Shown: piece after piece, positions 27,340 to 37,756 of the stretch
Numbering within the stretch: position 1 is the first letter of the stretch
How the letters are laid out: each line of letters opens with the position of its first letter
Assembly (NCBI GenBank): GCA_044356725.1
Contig: JBIKVS010000001.1
Span: 2,839-66,838, forward strand
Length of the DNA: 64,000 bases
Direction of reading: 5' to 3'
Origin: Minisyncoccia bacterium
GTDB lineage: Bacteria > Patescibacteriota > Minisyncoccia > SW-4-49-11
Notes under the pieces: generated by a model
Told to the model about the DNA's origin: nothing
The model's input: the letters and a program-made list of their open reading frames with translations, nothing else
Databases searched by the model: none
Program-made: the position numbers and the translations under genes

Positions 27340-28122
27340 ATGGGTTATTTACAGAAAATTAGGCAGCAACAGGGTTTTAGTCAAGATTGGGTGGCGAGGC
27401 AATTGGGTATTTCACGGCCTACTTATATTTTATTAGAGTCAGGGCAGAGGGATTTGTCTGTCAAAGAGGCTAGAATTCTGAGTGATTTGTATGGGTTGAG
27501 TTTAGAGAATCTTCTGAACGAACTTATGCCAGAGCCAGCCAAGCCTGTGAACTTGATGGTGAAGGAGGAGGGAGCGGTAGAGTATAAATCAGATATTCGT
27601 GTTGCTGTACCGCAGGAAAATATAGAAAAATTTCGTGAGGTTTTATTATATATTTTGGAAAAAATAGGAGCTAGACCTAATATTGGGGAGGCTGTGATTT
27701 GGAAACTTTTGTATTTTATTGATTTTGATTATTATGAAAAGTATGAGGAGCAGTTGATTGGGGCTAGGTACAAAAGAAATCATCACGGTCCAACTCCTGT
27801 GATATCTACTCAGATTATAGAGCAAATGGAGAAGCAGGGGGATATTGTACGAGTGAATGCTAAATATTTTAAGTATGAACAAAAAAAGTATTTACCTTTA
27901 AGGTCAGCCGATTTATCTTGTTTGTCAGCTAGAGAAAAGACTCTCATTGATGAGGAAATTGAGCGATTCAAAGATTATAATGCGACTAAGATTCGTGAGT
28001 ATTCTCATCGAGATGTGCCTTGGATTACTACTGCATCTCAGGCGGAGATTGATTATGAGTCTGTTTTTTATCGTACTCCAGAATTTTCTAGAAGGGCTTA
28101 TTCTGGGGATGATGAAAATTAA
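27340..28122 (+). CDS. Fusion of an XRE-family HTH and a Panacea (DUF4065, SocA-like) antitoxin domain.
   Basis: N-terminal QGFSQDWVARQLGISRPTYILLESGQRDLSVKEARIL. C-terminal GEAVIWKLLYFIDFDYY...GPTPV...LS.REK.LIDEEIERF...YSHRDVPW, the DUF4065 signature ending in SH..PW. Confidence 0.6.
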   Translation: MGYLQKIRQQQGFSQDWVARQLGISRPTYILLESGQRDLSVKEARILSDLYGLSLENLLNELMPEPAKPVNLMVKEEGAVEYKSDIRVAVPQENIEKFREVLLYILEKIGARPNIGEAVIWKLLYFIDFDYYEKYEEQLIGARYKRNHHGPTPVISTQIIEQMEKQGDIVRVNAKYFKYEQKKYLPLRSADLSCLSAREKTLIDEEIERFKDYNATKIREYSHRDVPWITTASQAEIDYESVFYRTPEFSRRAYSGDDEN

Positions 28123-28206
28123 ATATAGAGAGGAGATTTCATTTCAGAAAACAAAAATTGAGATTTGGTTTGGAGTATGATAAGTTATGTATAGAATTAA
28201 TTTTAT

Positions 28207-28827
28207 ATGAAAATATATATCGATGAATCAGGTTCATTAGGGGTTAGGAGTAAAAATCAATATTTTGTATTGGCAGCTTTAGTTTGTCATAATAAAGTTG
28301 CTGATAAAAAGTTAAAGCAATTAGGTAAAAATATTTATAAAGAGTATTTAGCCCCCAATAATCTACAAGAGATACATGCTACTCATACTAGTTTTCCAGT
28401 TAAACAAAGAATATTGAATAAGATTGCTAAAATTCAAGATATTACAATATATTATTTGGCTGTAGAACAAGATAAAATACATAAGAATTTAATATTATAT
28501 CCTAATATTTGCTATAACTATCTAATTGGGTTGCTTTTGGAAGATATTATATTAGAGGCTCAGAACAATGTGGATATTATTTTGGATAATCATAGTACTA
28601 AAGTAGGTTCACTTAATTCTTTACATGAGTATTTGAAAATCAAAGCATTTACAGAATGGGGGCATAATTATAATTTTAGGTCTCAATTTATGGAATCTCA
28701 TAAGGTATGGGGTATTCAAATGATAGATGTGATTGCCAACTCTATTTTTACTCATTATAATTATAATAAAAGTTCTTTATATAAAATTACAAAGCATTAT
28801 TATAAATCAAAGAAATTTCCTTATTGA
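28207..28827 (+). CDS. DUF3800 family protein.
   Basis: N-terminal MKIYIDESGSLG resembles the DUF3800 YIDESG start. Confidence 0.5.
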   Translation: MKIYIDESGSLGVRSKNQYFVLAALVCHNKVADKKLKQLGKNIYKEYLAPNNLQEIHATHTSFPVKQRILNKIAKIQDITIYYLAVEQDKIHKNLILYPNICYNYLIGLLLEDIILEAQNNVDIILDNHSTKVGSLNSLHEYLKIKAFTEWGHNYNFRSQFMESHKVWGIQMIDVIANSIFTHYNYNKSSLYKITKHYYKSKKFPY

Positions 28828-28930
28828 CATTTTATATATAATGGTATACTATTGATTTAGAGTAAGTCCATTGTGGAGTCCTAATGTGGATAATCGTACT
28901 ATAAGTGCGACGAAATAATGGCATCAATAT

Positions 28931-28960
28931 AAACCACCTTGCGGGGTGGTTTTTTGTTTT
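28931..28960 (+). terminator. Rho-independent terminator CCACC-TTGCGG-GGTGG followed by TTTTTTGTTTT.
   Basis: Read directly. Confidence 0.7.
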
Positions 28961-29042
28961 AGTATAATTTATAATTAAACTAAATCCACCCCGTCAGGCT
29001 AAGCCTGCCACCCCTCAAGAGGGGAATTTTAACACAAAATAC

Positions 29043-29151
29043 AGGCGACTGGAAGGTCGCCCCTACAATTCATAATTAACATTAATCCACCACCGGCACT
29101 TCGTGCCACCTCCTCCAAAGGAGGACAGAAAGAATTCACAATTCATAATTA
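29043..29151. repeat. GC-rich repeat cluster. A type-1 hairpin GGCGAC-N6-GTCGCC-CCTAC lies at 29043-29066. A 61-bp double-hairpin element (GGCAC-TTC-GTGCC and CCTCC-TCCAAA-GGAGG) at 29079-29139 is flanked by 12-bp direct repeats AATTCATAATTA at 29067-29078 and 29140-29151.
   Basis: Copies of both motifs recur at 40372-40500 and 51434-51462. Confidence 0.6.
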
Positions 29152-29155
29152 TTCC

Positions 29156-29770
29156 CTACAATCCCAAAATTTCTTTGACCTTCATTATGGTGACTTTTTC
29201 TTGGCGGGTGAGTTCGTCTAGGGAGTTTTGGATGGATTTGAGATTGGTTTTCATCTCGGGTATTATGACATATTCTAGGGCATTGACTCGTCTTCTGGTG
29301 GCTTCGATTTCCTCAGCTAATAGTCTGGCGGTGAATTCTATCTCGGCTAATTTGACTAGTAGTGGCAGGATGTTTTGTAGGGTTAATAGGGCTTGGTCTA
29401 AATCTTTAGGGGTGCCTAAAGTTCCATATTGAAATGGGTCTCCTTGTAAATGGGGGATTATATATGGTATGCTCACTCCCATAATGGATTTTTTTTGTAA
29501 TTCTAGATAGGTTTTGGCTTGGGAGAGATGGATTAGTTCATTGATGGCTTCGGTTGAGATTTTGGTCTGGGCAAAACGAAACAGTTGAATTGCCTCTACA
29601 ATCTTAGGTGTCAATTCTCCTCTTAGCTTGATTACTTCTTGGATAATGGCTAAAAACTCTTGTATTAGGCCATCTCTTTTGTCAGTGAGCAAACTATGTC
29701 CACGAGAAGCAGTTTTAATCTTCTTTTTGAGCTTGAGGGCTTCTTGTCTGGTCGGTTTGACGGCAGGCAT
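29156..29770 (-). CDS. atpD: V/A-type ATPase subunit D.
   Basis: Last gene of the IKECFABD-order operon; coiled-coil protein of 204 aa. Confidence 0.75.
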   Translation of the reverse strand: MPAVKPTRQEALKLKKKIKTASRGHSLLTDKRDGLIQEFLAIIQEVIKLRGELTPKIVEAIQLFRFAQTKISTEAINELIHLSQAKTYLELQKKSIMGVSIPYIIPHLQGDPFQYGTLGTPKDLDQALLTLQNILPLLVKLAEIEFTARLLAEEIEATRRRVNALEYVIIPEMKTNLKSIQNSLDELTRQEKVTIMKVKEILGL

Positions 29771-29772
29771 AT

Positions 29773-31158
29773 TTATTTGGAATACTTATCTATGAATTCG
29801 GGCTTGATTTTCTTTAGTTCTTTTCTCGGTAATATTGATAATAATTCCCAAGATAAATCTAAGGTGTCTAGAATGGTTCGGTTTTCTCTTCTTCCTTGTC
29901 TAATATATCTATTCTCAAAGGCTTCAGCGAATTTTATATAGGCTTTATCTGTCTCGGATAGGGCTGATTCTCCTAAGATTAATGCCAATTCTTTAATTTC
30001 CATACCTTTGGCATAGGATGATGCCATTTGCTCTTTGACAGCGGATAAATCTTCTCTGCTGTATTTTTTATCTACTCCGATACGGGATAAAGATCCAATT
30101 GGTTGGATTGGAGGGTATATTCCTTGATTATGTAACTCTCTATTGACCATAATTTGCCCTTCTGTGATGTATCCGGTTAAATCTGGTATTGGATGCTGTT
30201 TATCATCATCTGGCATTGTGAGGATAGGGATTTGGGTAAGTGACCCTGTGGAGCCTTTGACTATTCCAGCTCTTTCATATAAGGTGGCAAGGTCGGTATA
30301 TAGATATCCTGGATATCCTCGTCGTCCTGGAATTTCTTTTCTGGAAGCTGAGACTTCTCTTAGGGCATCGGCATAATTGGTCATATCGGTTAGGATAACC
30401 AATACATGCATATTCTTCTCAAAGGCTAAATATTCTCCAAGGGTTAGGGCTAATCTTGGTAGGGTAATTCGCTCTACAATTGGGTCGCTAGCGGTGTTGA
30501 TAAATAGAGCGGCTCTCTCCATTGCTCCGGTTTTCTCAAATGAATCGATGAAGAATTGAGCTTCTTCAAAAGTTACTCCCATAGCGGCAAAAATTACTAC
30601 GAAAGGTTCTTCGGCTTTGACTAAATCGGTTCCATTTTGAAGGGCTACCACTTGGGCTTGTTCTGCAATTTGGGTGGCAATTTCGGCATGTGGTAATCCA
30701 GATCCTGAGAAAATTGGAAGTTTTTGTCCTCGGACTAGGGCATTGAGTCCATCTATTGTGGAGATTCCAGTTTGTATAAATTCACTAGGGAATTGTCGCA
30801 TTCCTGGATTGATAGGGGATCCATTGATGTCTAGATATTTCTCAGCGATGATTTCTGGTCCGCCATCTTTGACTTTCCCAGCTCCAGTGAATACTCGTCC
30901 TAACATACTGTCTGATACTCCAAATTTGAGAGTTTCTCCCAAGAAAGCTATCTCGGCATTCTCTACATCTAGACCATCAGTACTAGTGAATAACTGTACT
31001 ACGGCGGTGTCTTTCCCAGCTTCTAGTACTCTTCCTTGTCGAATCTTTCCTTTGGAGTCTCTAATTTCCACAATTTCCTCGAAAGCAACTTGTGGTACCT
31101 TCTCCACTACTACTAGTGGTCCGGCAATTTCTTTGATTGTGTTATACCATTTCTTCAT
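29773..31158 (-). CDS. atpB: V/A-type ATPase subunit B (non-catalytic).
   Basis: 461 aa with a strong family resemblance and no canonical P-loop. Confidence 0.85.
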   Translation of the reverse strand: MKKWYNTIKEIAGPLVVVEKVPQVAFEEIVEIRDSKGKIRQGRVLEAGKDTAVVQLFTSTDGLDVENAEIAFLGETLKFGVSDSMLGRVFTGAGKVKDGGPEIIAEKYLDINGSPINPGMRQFPSEFIQTGISTIDGLNALVRGQKLPIFSGSGLPHAEIATQIAEQAQVVALQNGTDLVKAEEPFVVIFAAMGVTFEEAQFFIDSFEKTGAMERAALFINTASDPIVERITLPRLALTLGEYLAFEKNMHVLVILTDMTNYADALREVSASRKEIPGRRGYPGYLYTDLATLYERAGIVKGSTGSLTQIPILTMPDDDKQHPIPDLTGYITEGQIMVNRELHNQGIYPPIQPIGSLSRIGVDKKYSREDLSAVKEQMASSYAKGMEIKELALILGESALSETDKAYIKFAEAFENRYIRQGRRENRTILDTLDLSWELLSILPRKELKKIKPEFIDKYSK

Positions 31159-31167
31159 ATAGTTATA

Positions 31168-33000
31168 CTAAATTCCGCTTATTACTTTATTGATACCAAA
31201 GTCCTCAGATTTATCATTATCTTTGAGATTCTGAATTGTACTTGAGATTTTATCAATTAACGGTACTATATTCTCAATGTCTGATTCTGGAGTGTTCTTG
31301 AGTCTAGCTATTTCTTCACGAATTGGTAGATCTAGAATATCATTTATCTCAATTTGAGGATTATTTTTGGCAGTTTCAGTGGCTTCATTATGGAAGGTTA
31401 TCATAGCCTTTAACATCAGGTACATTTTACGGGTTGAAGCAAAAGCATCAATATCATCAAAGGCATTTTGTTGTAGATAATCTTCTCGAAGTCCTCGGGC
31501 GGTATCTAATAGGATTTTCTCTGAAGTGGATAGGGCGTCCATTCCTACTAATTTTATGATGTCGTCTAATTCATTCTCTTTCTGTAAGATTTGCATAGCA
31601 AAGTCTCGCAAATCTTTCCAATCAGCATCTGTGGCATTGATGAAATATTCTTCTACATTATCTTTGTATAAACTATAACTATTGAGCCAATGGATGGATG
31701 GGAAATGTTTTTTAGCAGCTAAAGAAGCATCTAATCCCCAAAAGGCTTTGGTTACTTTAAGGGTTGCTTGACTAACCGGTTCGGATAAATCTCCACCTGG
31801 AGGTGATACGGCAGCGATAATAGTGGCTGAACCAATTTTCTCTTCACTCCCTAGAGTGCTAACTATTCCTGCTCTTTCATAAAAGGCTGAAATTCTAGAT
31901 CCAAGATAAGCAGGATATCCTTCTTCTCCTGGCATTTCTTCTAATCTTCCGGACATTTCTCGCATAGCTTCTGCCCAACGAGAGGTTGAGTCTGCCATCA
32001 TAGCCACATTGTATCCCATATCTCGATAGTACTCAGCTAAGGTAATACCTGTATAAACTGAGGCTTCACGAGCAGCGATTGGCATATTGGAGGTGTTGGC
32101 AACTAAAATTGTTCTTTCCATCAAAGGTCGTCCAGATTTTGGATCTTTTAGATGGGGAAATTCTACCAATACATCGGTAATTTCATTTCCTCGCTCTCCA
32201 CAACCTACATAAACCACAACATCTGCATCTGACCATTTCGCTAATTGCTGCTGAATCACAGTTTTACCAGCTCCGAATGGTCCTGGTACGGCGGCTGCTC
32301 CTCCTTTTGGAATTGGGAAAAAGGTGTCAATAATTCTCTGTTGAGTGATAAGTGGGGTAGTAGGAATTTGCTTAGCTTTATATGGTCTTGGAGTTCGAAC
32401 TGGCCATTTATGCATTAATTGGACTGGAGTTTCTCCAATAGTAGCTATGGTCTCAGTCACTGTGAATTCTCCTGCCTTGATATCCTTAACTTCTCCCTCT
32501 ACTCCAAATGGAACTAAAATTTTATGAGTAATTAATTCGGTCTCTTGTACTGTTCCTAATATGTCTCCAGCGGTTACAGAGTCTCCTTTTTTGACTAATG
32601 GTTGGAATTCCCATTTGGTTTCTCTATTCAAGCTAGGAGCGGTTAAACCTCTTGCAATATATTCGGAATTCAATCCTTGTGCAGCTGCTTTCTCAGCAAT
32701 TACATTAAGTGGTCGTAAAATTCCATCAAATAATCCAGCGGTTAAAAGTCCTGGACCTAATTCAATACTAAGAGGCTCTCCTGTTGATACAACAGGTTCT
32801 CCTACGGTTAATCCAGAGGTGTCTTCATAGACTTGAATGGAAGCGGTTTCACCTTTTAATTCAATGATTTCTCCCATTAATTCTAGATTTCCAACTTTCA
32901 CTAAATCATACATTTTAGCTCCTTTCATAGAGTCTGCGATAACTAGTGGTCCTGAGATTTTGATGATAATTCCGGTATTCATAGTAATTAGTTTAATCAA
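31168..33000 (-). CDS. atpA: V/A-type ATPase catalytic subunit A.
   Basis: Walker A GPFGAGKT; 610 aa including the non-homologous insert typical of A subunits. Confidence 0.9.
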   Translation of the reverse strand: MIKLITMNTGIIIKISGPLVIADSMKGAKMYDLVKVGNLELMGEIIELKGETASIQVYEDTSGLTVGEPVVSTGEPLSIELGPGLLTAGLFDGILRPLNVIAEKAAAQGLNSEYIARGLTAPSLNRETKWEFQPLVKKGDSVTAGDILGTVQETELITHKILVPFGVEGEVKDIKAGEFTVTETIATIGETPVQLMHKWPVRTPRPYKAKQIPTTPLITQQRIIDTFFPIPKGGAAAVPGPFGAGKTVIQQQLAKWSDADVVVYVGCGERGNEITDVLVEFPHLKDPKSGRPLMERTILVANTSNMPIAAREASVYTGITLAEYYRDMGYNVAMMADSTSRWAEAMREMSGRLEEMPGEEGYPAYLGSRISAFYERAGIVSTLGSEEKIGSATIIAAVSPPGGDLSEPVSQATLKVTKAFWGLDASLAAKKHFPSIHWLNSYSLYKDNVEEYFINATDADWKDLRDFAMQILQKENELDDIIKLVGMDALSTSEKILLDTARGLREDYLQQNAFDDIDAFASTRKMYLMLKAMITFHNEATETAKNNPQIEINDILDLPIREEIARLKNTPESDIENIVPLIDKISSTIQNLKDNDKSEDFGINKVISGI

Positions 33001-33320
33001 GAGGCGAATAATTTGTCTAGGCTCATCCCTACAGCTTTCTCGGTCAATCTTTTCAATTCTTCTACCGAGTCGCTATTTGAACTAATCGGTAGCTGAGAAA
33101 TGGGTATGTTTAGGGAATTGAGGGATTTTTTTTGTTTTGGAGTTAAGATTATATTAGATGTGATAAAAATAATAGCATATTGATCAATATCCTCTGTAAT
33201 AGTAGCTATAATTCTATCTATTTCTAATTCAGTACTATTAAAGGTCTCAAATCCAAATAGTTTGAATAAGAGTATAATGTCTGTCTCAGCAATGATTAGT
33301 GGTTTTTTATAGTCTATCAT
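32997..33320 (-). CDS. atpF: V/A-type ATPase subunit F.
   Basis: 107 aa; position in the operon. Confidence 0.6.
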   Translation of the reverse strand: MIDYKKPLIIAETDIILLFKLFGFETFNSTELEIDRIIATITEDIDQYAIIFITSNIILTPKQKKSLNSLNIPISQLPISSNSDSVEELKRLTEKAVGMSLDKLFAS

Positions 33321-34255
33321 ATATTGGAATAATCAATAAATCTTAATTTCGCTTGTTTAGAGTCAATTTGTTTGGAATATTGTAAGATTAATAGTTTAGC
33401 ATTAGAAATTGCATATTGTAATCTCTCAGTATATTGTATAATTCTGTCTCCAGACATTCCAGTAAATTGAGCTTTATTGAGTGTTTTTATCTCATTTTTA
33501 ATCAAGGTATTTTCAATATTGATTATATTTATACTGGCTGGGGTTAGGTTTAGATATTGTCCGATATCTCCTAATATATCTCCAAAGCTAAAACTTTTGA
33601 CTGCATTAATAGCTAGACTTCCTTGAATTGGTAATAAATGTCTTAATATATGTTCTTTCGACTGTCCCTTTTGAGTTCTTGTTAAAACATTGAGTAGGGT
33701 ATAGCTATCTATTTTAGCTAAGACAAAGTCTCTCATAATATCACTACTATAGTCCAAATTTTCAAAAAGTAAGGTCAAGAATATCTCCTCTAAATAGGAA
33801 ATAATGCTAAAGCTATCTTTAGAGTGTATTAGCTTCTCTTCTTTAATTAGTAATTTTGTTTTAAACTTGGAGCCATAATATAGTTGAGTTGTCGTACCAT
33901 CTAAAATCTGTTCAAATGATTTTTCTCCCAAATTTTCACCATAAATAGTTTTATTCAAAGCTAGGGTTTTTAATTTTTCAAAGTCTTGAGATAGAGTTAA
34001 ATAGATAAAAGGTTCAGTATCTTGGGGCAATAAAGATAAGATTTCATCTATTTGTTGCTGATAATATTGATTAAGTTTAGTAATTACGTTCTCTAAAGAG
34101 ATATCTGATAATTGAAATGAATTTTGAATTAGATTTAATAAGCCCTCTATATTGTCTATATCCAAAAACCTCTTACTATCATTGGATGATGGTAAATTGC
34201 CTAGTCTTGAGACATATCTGCTTGTAACACCGATTAGAGGTACTTGTAAACTCAT
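33317..34255 (-). CDS. atpC: V/A-type ATPase subunit C (d).
   Basis: 312 aa; position in the operon. Confidence 0.6.
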   Translation of the reverse strand: MSLQVPLIGVTSRYVSRLGNLPSSNDSKRFLDIDNIEGLLNLIQNSFQLSDISLENVITKLNQYYQQQIDEILSLLPQDTEPFIYLTLSQDFEKLKTLALNKTIYGENLGEKSFEQILDGTTTQLYYGSKFKTKLLIKEEKLIHSKDSFSIISYLEEIFLTLLFENLDYSSDIMRDFVLAKIDSYTLLNVLTRTQKGQSKEHILRHLLPIQGSLAINAVKSFSFGDILGDIGQYLNLTPASINIINIENTLIKNEIKTLNKAQFTGMSGDRIIQYTERLQYAISNAKLLILQYSKQIDSKQAKLRFIDYSNI

Positions 34256-34788
34256 ATTTCCTTCATTACAGAGGTTAATGTTTTTTGCTTTACGATATCA
34301 ATAATATCTTCTATAGTGATTTCTAAGTGCCCTGATTCTAGCTGGGCTTGTACTGTGCCTAGAATTTGCTTATTGTCTATGAGTTGGGTTTTATATCCCA
34401 AATTAGTAATAATTTGCTCTAATTCATTACTATATTGTCCTACAAGAGTTAAAGTTATAGATTTAGGAATATCTTGTAATGTCTTTTGGATTAATTCCTT
34501 TACAAAATTAGATTTTAATATTTCAGGTATAAGATCTGCATAAATATCTGCTAATTGAGTTTGTAAAGAATATCCAAGCTCAAATTTAGTAGTTTTACTT
34601 TGCTGGAATTTTTTGAAATTAATCTGGGTAGAAACTGCCTCATCAATTTTCTCAGAATGTAGTTTTTTTACTTCAGATAAAGTAAAGTTCCAATTATTCT
34701 TGACATCTTGTAAGTCAGATTTATACTGAGTTTCTAATTTCTCAAGATCTTTATCTACCTGTGCTTGTATAGAATCAGCTAAAGTCAT
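34252..34788 (-). CDS. atpE: V/A-type ATPase subunit E.
   Basis: 178-aa coiled-coil stator subunit; position in the operon. Confidence 0.6.
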   Translation of the reverse strand: MTLADSIQAQVDKDLEKLETQYKSDLQDVKNNWNFTLSEVKKLHSEKIDEAVSTQINFKKFQQSKTTKFELGYSLQTQLADIYADLIPEILKSNFVKELIQKTLQDIPKSITLTLVGQYSNELEQIITNLGYKTQLIDNKQILGTVQAQLESGHLEITIEDIIDIVKQKTLTSVMKEI

Positions 34789-34789
34789 A

Positions 34790-35269
34790 TTATCCTACAG
34801 ATACTCCATTAATAATCAAAATAGAAACCAAAAGTCCAAAGACAGCAAAAGTCTCTACTAAAGCGGCTAAGATAATTACTTGTCCAATCTTAGATTTATC
34901 TCTAGCGATCAATTGAACTCCACTAGCAATTACATCACCCTGATATTTTCCAGAAGCTAAACAAGTAAGTCCTACAGGAATTCCAGCAAAAGCTAATATC
35001 ATACCATTTTGCCAACTAACATTTGCAAACTCACCAGATAATACTCCAGTATTTTGCAGAATTAAAACAGCTGCTAAAAGACCATAAATAGCTTGTGATC
35101 CAGGCAGAGCTGATAATAAAAGTATATTCCCAAATTGAGAATCATCCTCAGCAACTAACCCAGCTCCAGTTTTACCAGCGGTAGAAACTCCGATTGATGA
35201 GCCAGCTCCAGCTAAGCCGGCAGCTAGAGCAGCACCTAATACTGCTAAACTTATACCTAATACTTCCAT
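34790..35269 (-). CDS. atpK: V/A-type ATPase proteolipid subunit K (c), a 4-TM double hairpin.
   Basis: 159 aa, glycine/alanine-rich TM helices. Confidence 0.8.
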   Translation of the reverse strand: MEVLGISLAVLGAALAAGLAGAGSSIGVSTAGKTGAGLVAEDDSQFGNILLLSALPGSQAIYGLLAAVLILQNTGVLSGEFANVSWQNGMILAFAGIPVGLTCLASGKYQGDVIASGVQLIARDKSKIGQVIILAALVETFAVFGLLVSILIINGVSVG

Positions 35270-35372
35270 ATATTCAACTTTAACTTTTAATTAGGGACAG
35301 AGATTCTTACCACTGCTATCCTTTTCGCTATACTCCTAAATTTTTAAGAATATAATGAAAAAGATAACAGTA

Positions 35373-37409
35373 TTATTCAATAACACTATAATCTTGAGAT
35401 CGAGAAACCTCCTGTAAGGGTCTTCCTCCAGATTGGAAGAATTTACTAAAGAATTCTACAAAGTGCAATCTACCTACATTGATATAAGTACCTAAGACAT
35501 TCAGAGCAATATTAAATATATTTCCTGCTACAAAAATAACAATCATAATAATATATCCAATAACAATCCAAGCACCACCTTTTTCTACTAATCCGCTACC
35601 AGCTAGGTTTGCTAAGGTTCCTACTACTCCAGCAATAATTCCAGTTGCAAGACCTAGAGCAACTAACCTAGTATAAGATAGTATATCTGACAAATATCCT
35701 ACTACTCCAAAAAATACATCATAGGCTCCTTTACCAAACTTAGCAAATATAGACTTCATATCTCTACCCAAAAGATATATCATTGTAAATACATAGCCAA
35801 TATATATATATATCAGAGGATCAATGAGTAATTGAAGTCCATTTCCTAATAATCCAAAATTAATAAGCAATAATAATATTCCAAAGATCAAAGCTAAAGC
35901 CCAAAGAATAGAATCTAGACTAGCATCCCAGAATGACTTTTGATTGAATGCTTGTACAATGTTGAGAGATAACCCAAATAAAAGATGAATAACTCCAAGT
36001 ACAATAGTGAATCCCATCAAAGCAATTACACTGTCCATAGGATTGATAACTTGTAATTGCTGTAAGAAAGGAATTAAACCAATAGTAATTAAGAATTTCA
36101 TATGGGGTGATGCTGTATCAGGATCAACTCCATCGGGAGTAATTCCAAACCAACTACCAAATAAAGCTCCTACAATCAAAGTAGAGATAGAAGCAATAAA
36201 CACTACTGCAAAAATATCTCTTACACCTGATTTTAATCTAGAATTTAATAATCCAAGCCCAGTCAAAATAATTAGAATCAGCGCATATCCAGCCTCAGAT
36301 AAAGCTAATCCGAACATAAAGGTGAAGAATATAGCAATAGATAAAGTCGGATCAATTTTGCCAGCCTGCGGATAACCCATAATTTTTGTTACAGTTTCAA
36401 AATGTCTTACAATAGGCAAGTTTTTGAATATAACTGGAGTGTCTTCAGATACAGATGGTAATTCTACAATTTTAATATCATTTGAAATGTCTAAAATATC
36501 TTTTTTATATAAATTAAACTTTTCTTCATCTACCCATAACTTTATAGAAGAATTTGTTTCAGATTCTGGATTAAAAGAATGTAAATAAGAAATCAAATTT
36601 AGTTGAGAATTTAATACATCTGCTAAAATAGCCAAATCCTTGAGCTGAATAGGGGATTTTTTGAGCTCAAGATTTATTTTATTGATGATTTTGGCATTAA
36701 CACTAAATTCTTGTTTACTTTTATGATAAATATCATAAAAAGATCCTGTAACTTCAGCTGGAAATTGAATGAAGGTAGCTTGATTTTGAATTATATCTAG
36801 TCCAATTTTAACCTGATTTTTTGAAACGGCTAAAATATAAACATAATCAGTCCCAATTTTTTTAACAGACTCCAATACAATAGGAGATAAACTTTGCTCC
36901 AACTGCTCTACTAAATAATGGGCTCTAGATTCATCAACTAAAAATGGTAAAAATTTAATATAAGAATAGGGTTTAAAAATATTAAGTTCGATGTCTTTTA
37001 GAGGTTCTGATTTAGCAATAATATCTTGTAAAACTTCTTGTCTAGTTGTTAAATCATCTTTCAGTCCAGCTTTTTCTACAATCTCTTGAGCTTTTTTGAT
37101 AATTTCTCCTTGCTCTGTATTATAATGTTCAAAAATGTCTTCAGTGATTAAAAATCTATCATCTAACACAGCTGAGAACATGGATTTTTTAACAGTATGA
37201 TACCCTTTGTATATATCCAAAGATTTATTTACTATATCTAGATTTTCTAATAGATCCTCTTGTTTATGTAAATAATTTTTAGCTAAAGGAGTTCTTTCTA
37301 GTTTTTCTATAATTTCTCCAACTTGACGCTTTTGAATATAAGCTAATAAGTTTAATTGAGTATTGTTTGGAACAGTGATTTGAATTAGTTTAGACGCTTG
37401 AACTCCCAT
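35373..37409 (-). CDS. atpI: V/A-type ATPase subunit I (a).
   Basis: 678 aa, with a soluble N-terminal half and a multi-TM C-terminal half. Confidence 0.8.
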   Translation of the reverse strand: MGVQASKLIQITVPNNTQLNLLAYIQKRQVGEIIEKLERTPLAKNYLHKQEDLLENLDIVNKSLDIYKGYHTVKKSMFSAVLDDRFLITEDIFEHYNTEQGEIIKKAQEIVEKAGLKDDLTTRQEVLQDIIAKSEPLKDIELNIFKPYSYIKFLPFLVDESRAHYLVEQLEQSLSPIVLESVKKIGTDYVYILAVSKNQVKIGLDIIQNQATFIQFPAEVTGSFYDIYHKSKQEFSVNAKIINKINLELKKSPIQLKDLAILADVLNSQLNLISYLHSFNPESETNSSIKLWVDEEKFNLYKKDILDISNDIKIVELPSVSEDTPVIFKNLPIVRHFETVTKIMGYPQAGKIDPTLSIAIFFTFMFGLALSEAGYALILIILTGLGLLNSRLKSGVRDIFAVVFIASISTLIVGALFGSWFGITPDGVDPDTASPHMKFLITIGLIPFLQQLQVINPMDSVIALMGFTIVLGVIHLLFGLSLNIVQAFNQKSFWDASLDSILWALALIFGILLLLINFGLLGNGLQLLIDPLIYIYIGYVFTMIYLLGRDMKSIFAKFGKGAYDVFFGVVGYLSDILSYTRLVALGLATGIIAGVVGTLANLAGSGLVEKGGAWIVIGYIIMIVIFVAGNIFNIALNVLGTYINVGRLHFVEFFSKFFQSGGRPLQEVSRSQDYSVIE

Positions 37410-37442
37410 ATAAATTTATAGATTTACAGATATAAGTATTAA

Positions 37443-37706
37443 TTATAATTGACTCAAAATAAGGTTTTTGATTTTTTGACGATTTAATTTAACCTCTTTT
37501 TTAGAATCATCTTTAATATTTTCATAAGAGGCTAACTTTGCATTCACAATCTGATTCTTATTTAAAATCTCTTTGTTTAGACTGTCTATGGTCTCTTTAG
37601 TCTTAGAGATATATTCTTGGGTTTGTAGATTGTAGTTCTTTTGTAGTGATTTCTTTCTACGAGCAAAAGACTTTTCAATTTCAATCAATTCAACAAGTTG
37701 TTTCAT
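37443..37706 (-). CDS. Small coiled-coil protein; possible V-ATPase stator subunit (G/H-like).
   Basis: 87 aa, K/E-rich, first gene of the operon. Confidence 0.35.
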   Translation of the reverse strand: MKQLVELIEIEKSFARRKKSLQKNYNLQTQEYISKTKETIDSLNKEILNKNQIVNAKLASYENIKDDSKKEVKLNRQKIKNLILSQL

Positions 37707-37756
37707 AGGTGTTTATAAATACAATTCATTATAGTCTAGAGAATTTAATTTGTCAA

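Noticed and set aside
29103-29432. 109-aa plus-strand ORF (MPPPPKEDRK...) from the six-frame track
   Set aside because: It lies antisense across the 3' end of the V-ATPase D gene and runs through the GC-rich repeat cluster. It has low-complexity translation and no start context. It is an artefact of GC-rich repeats having few stop codons.
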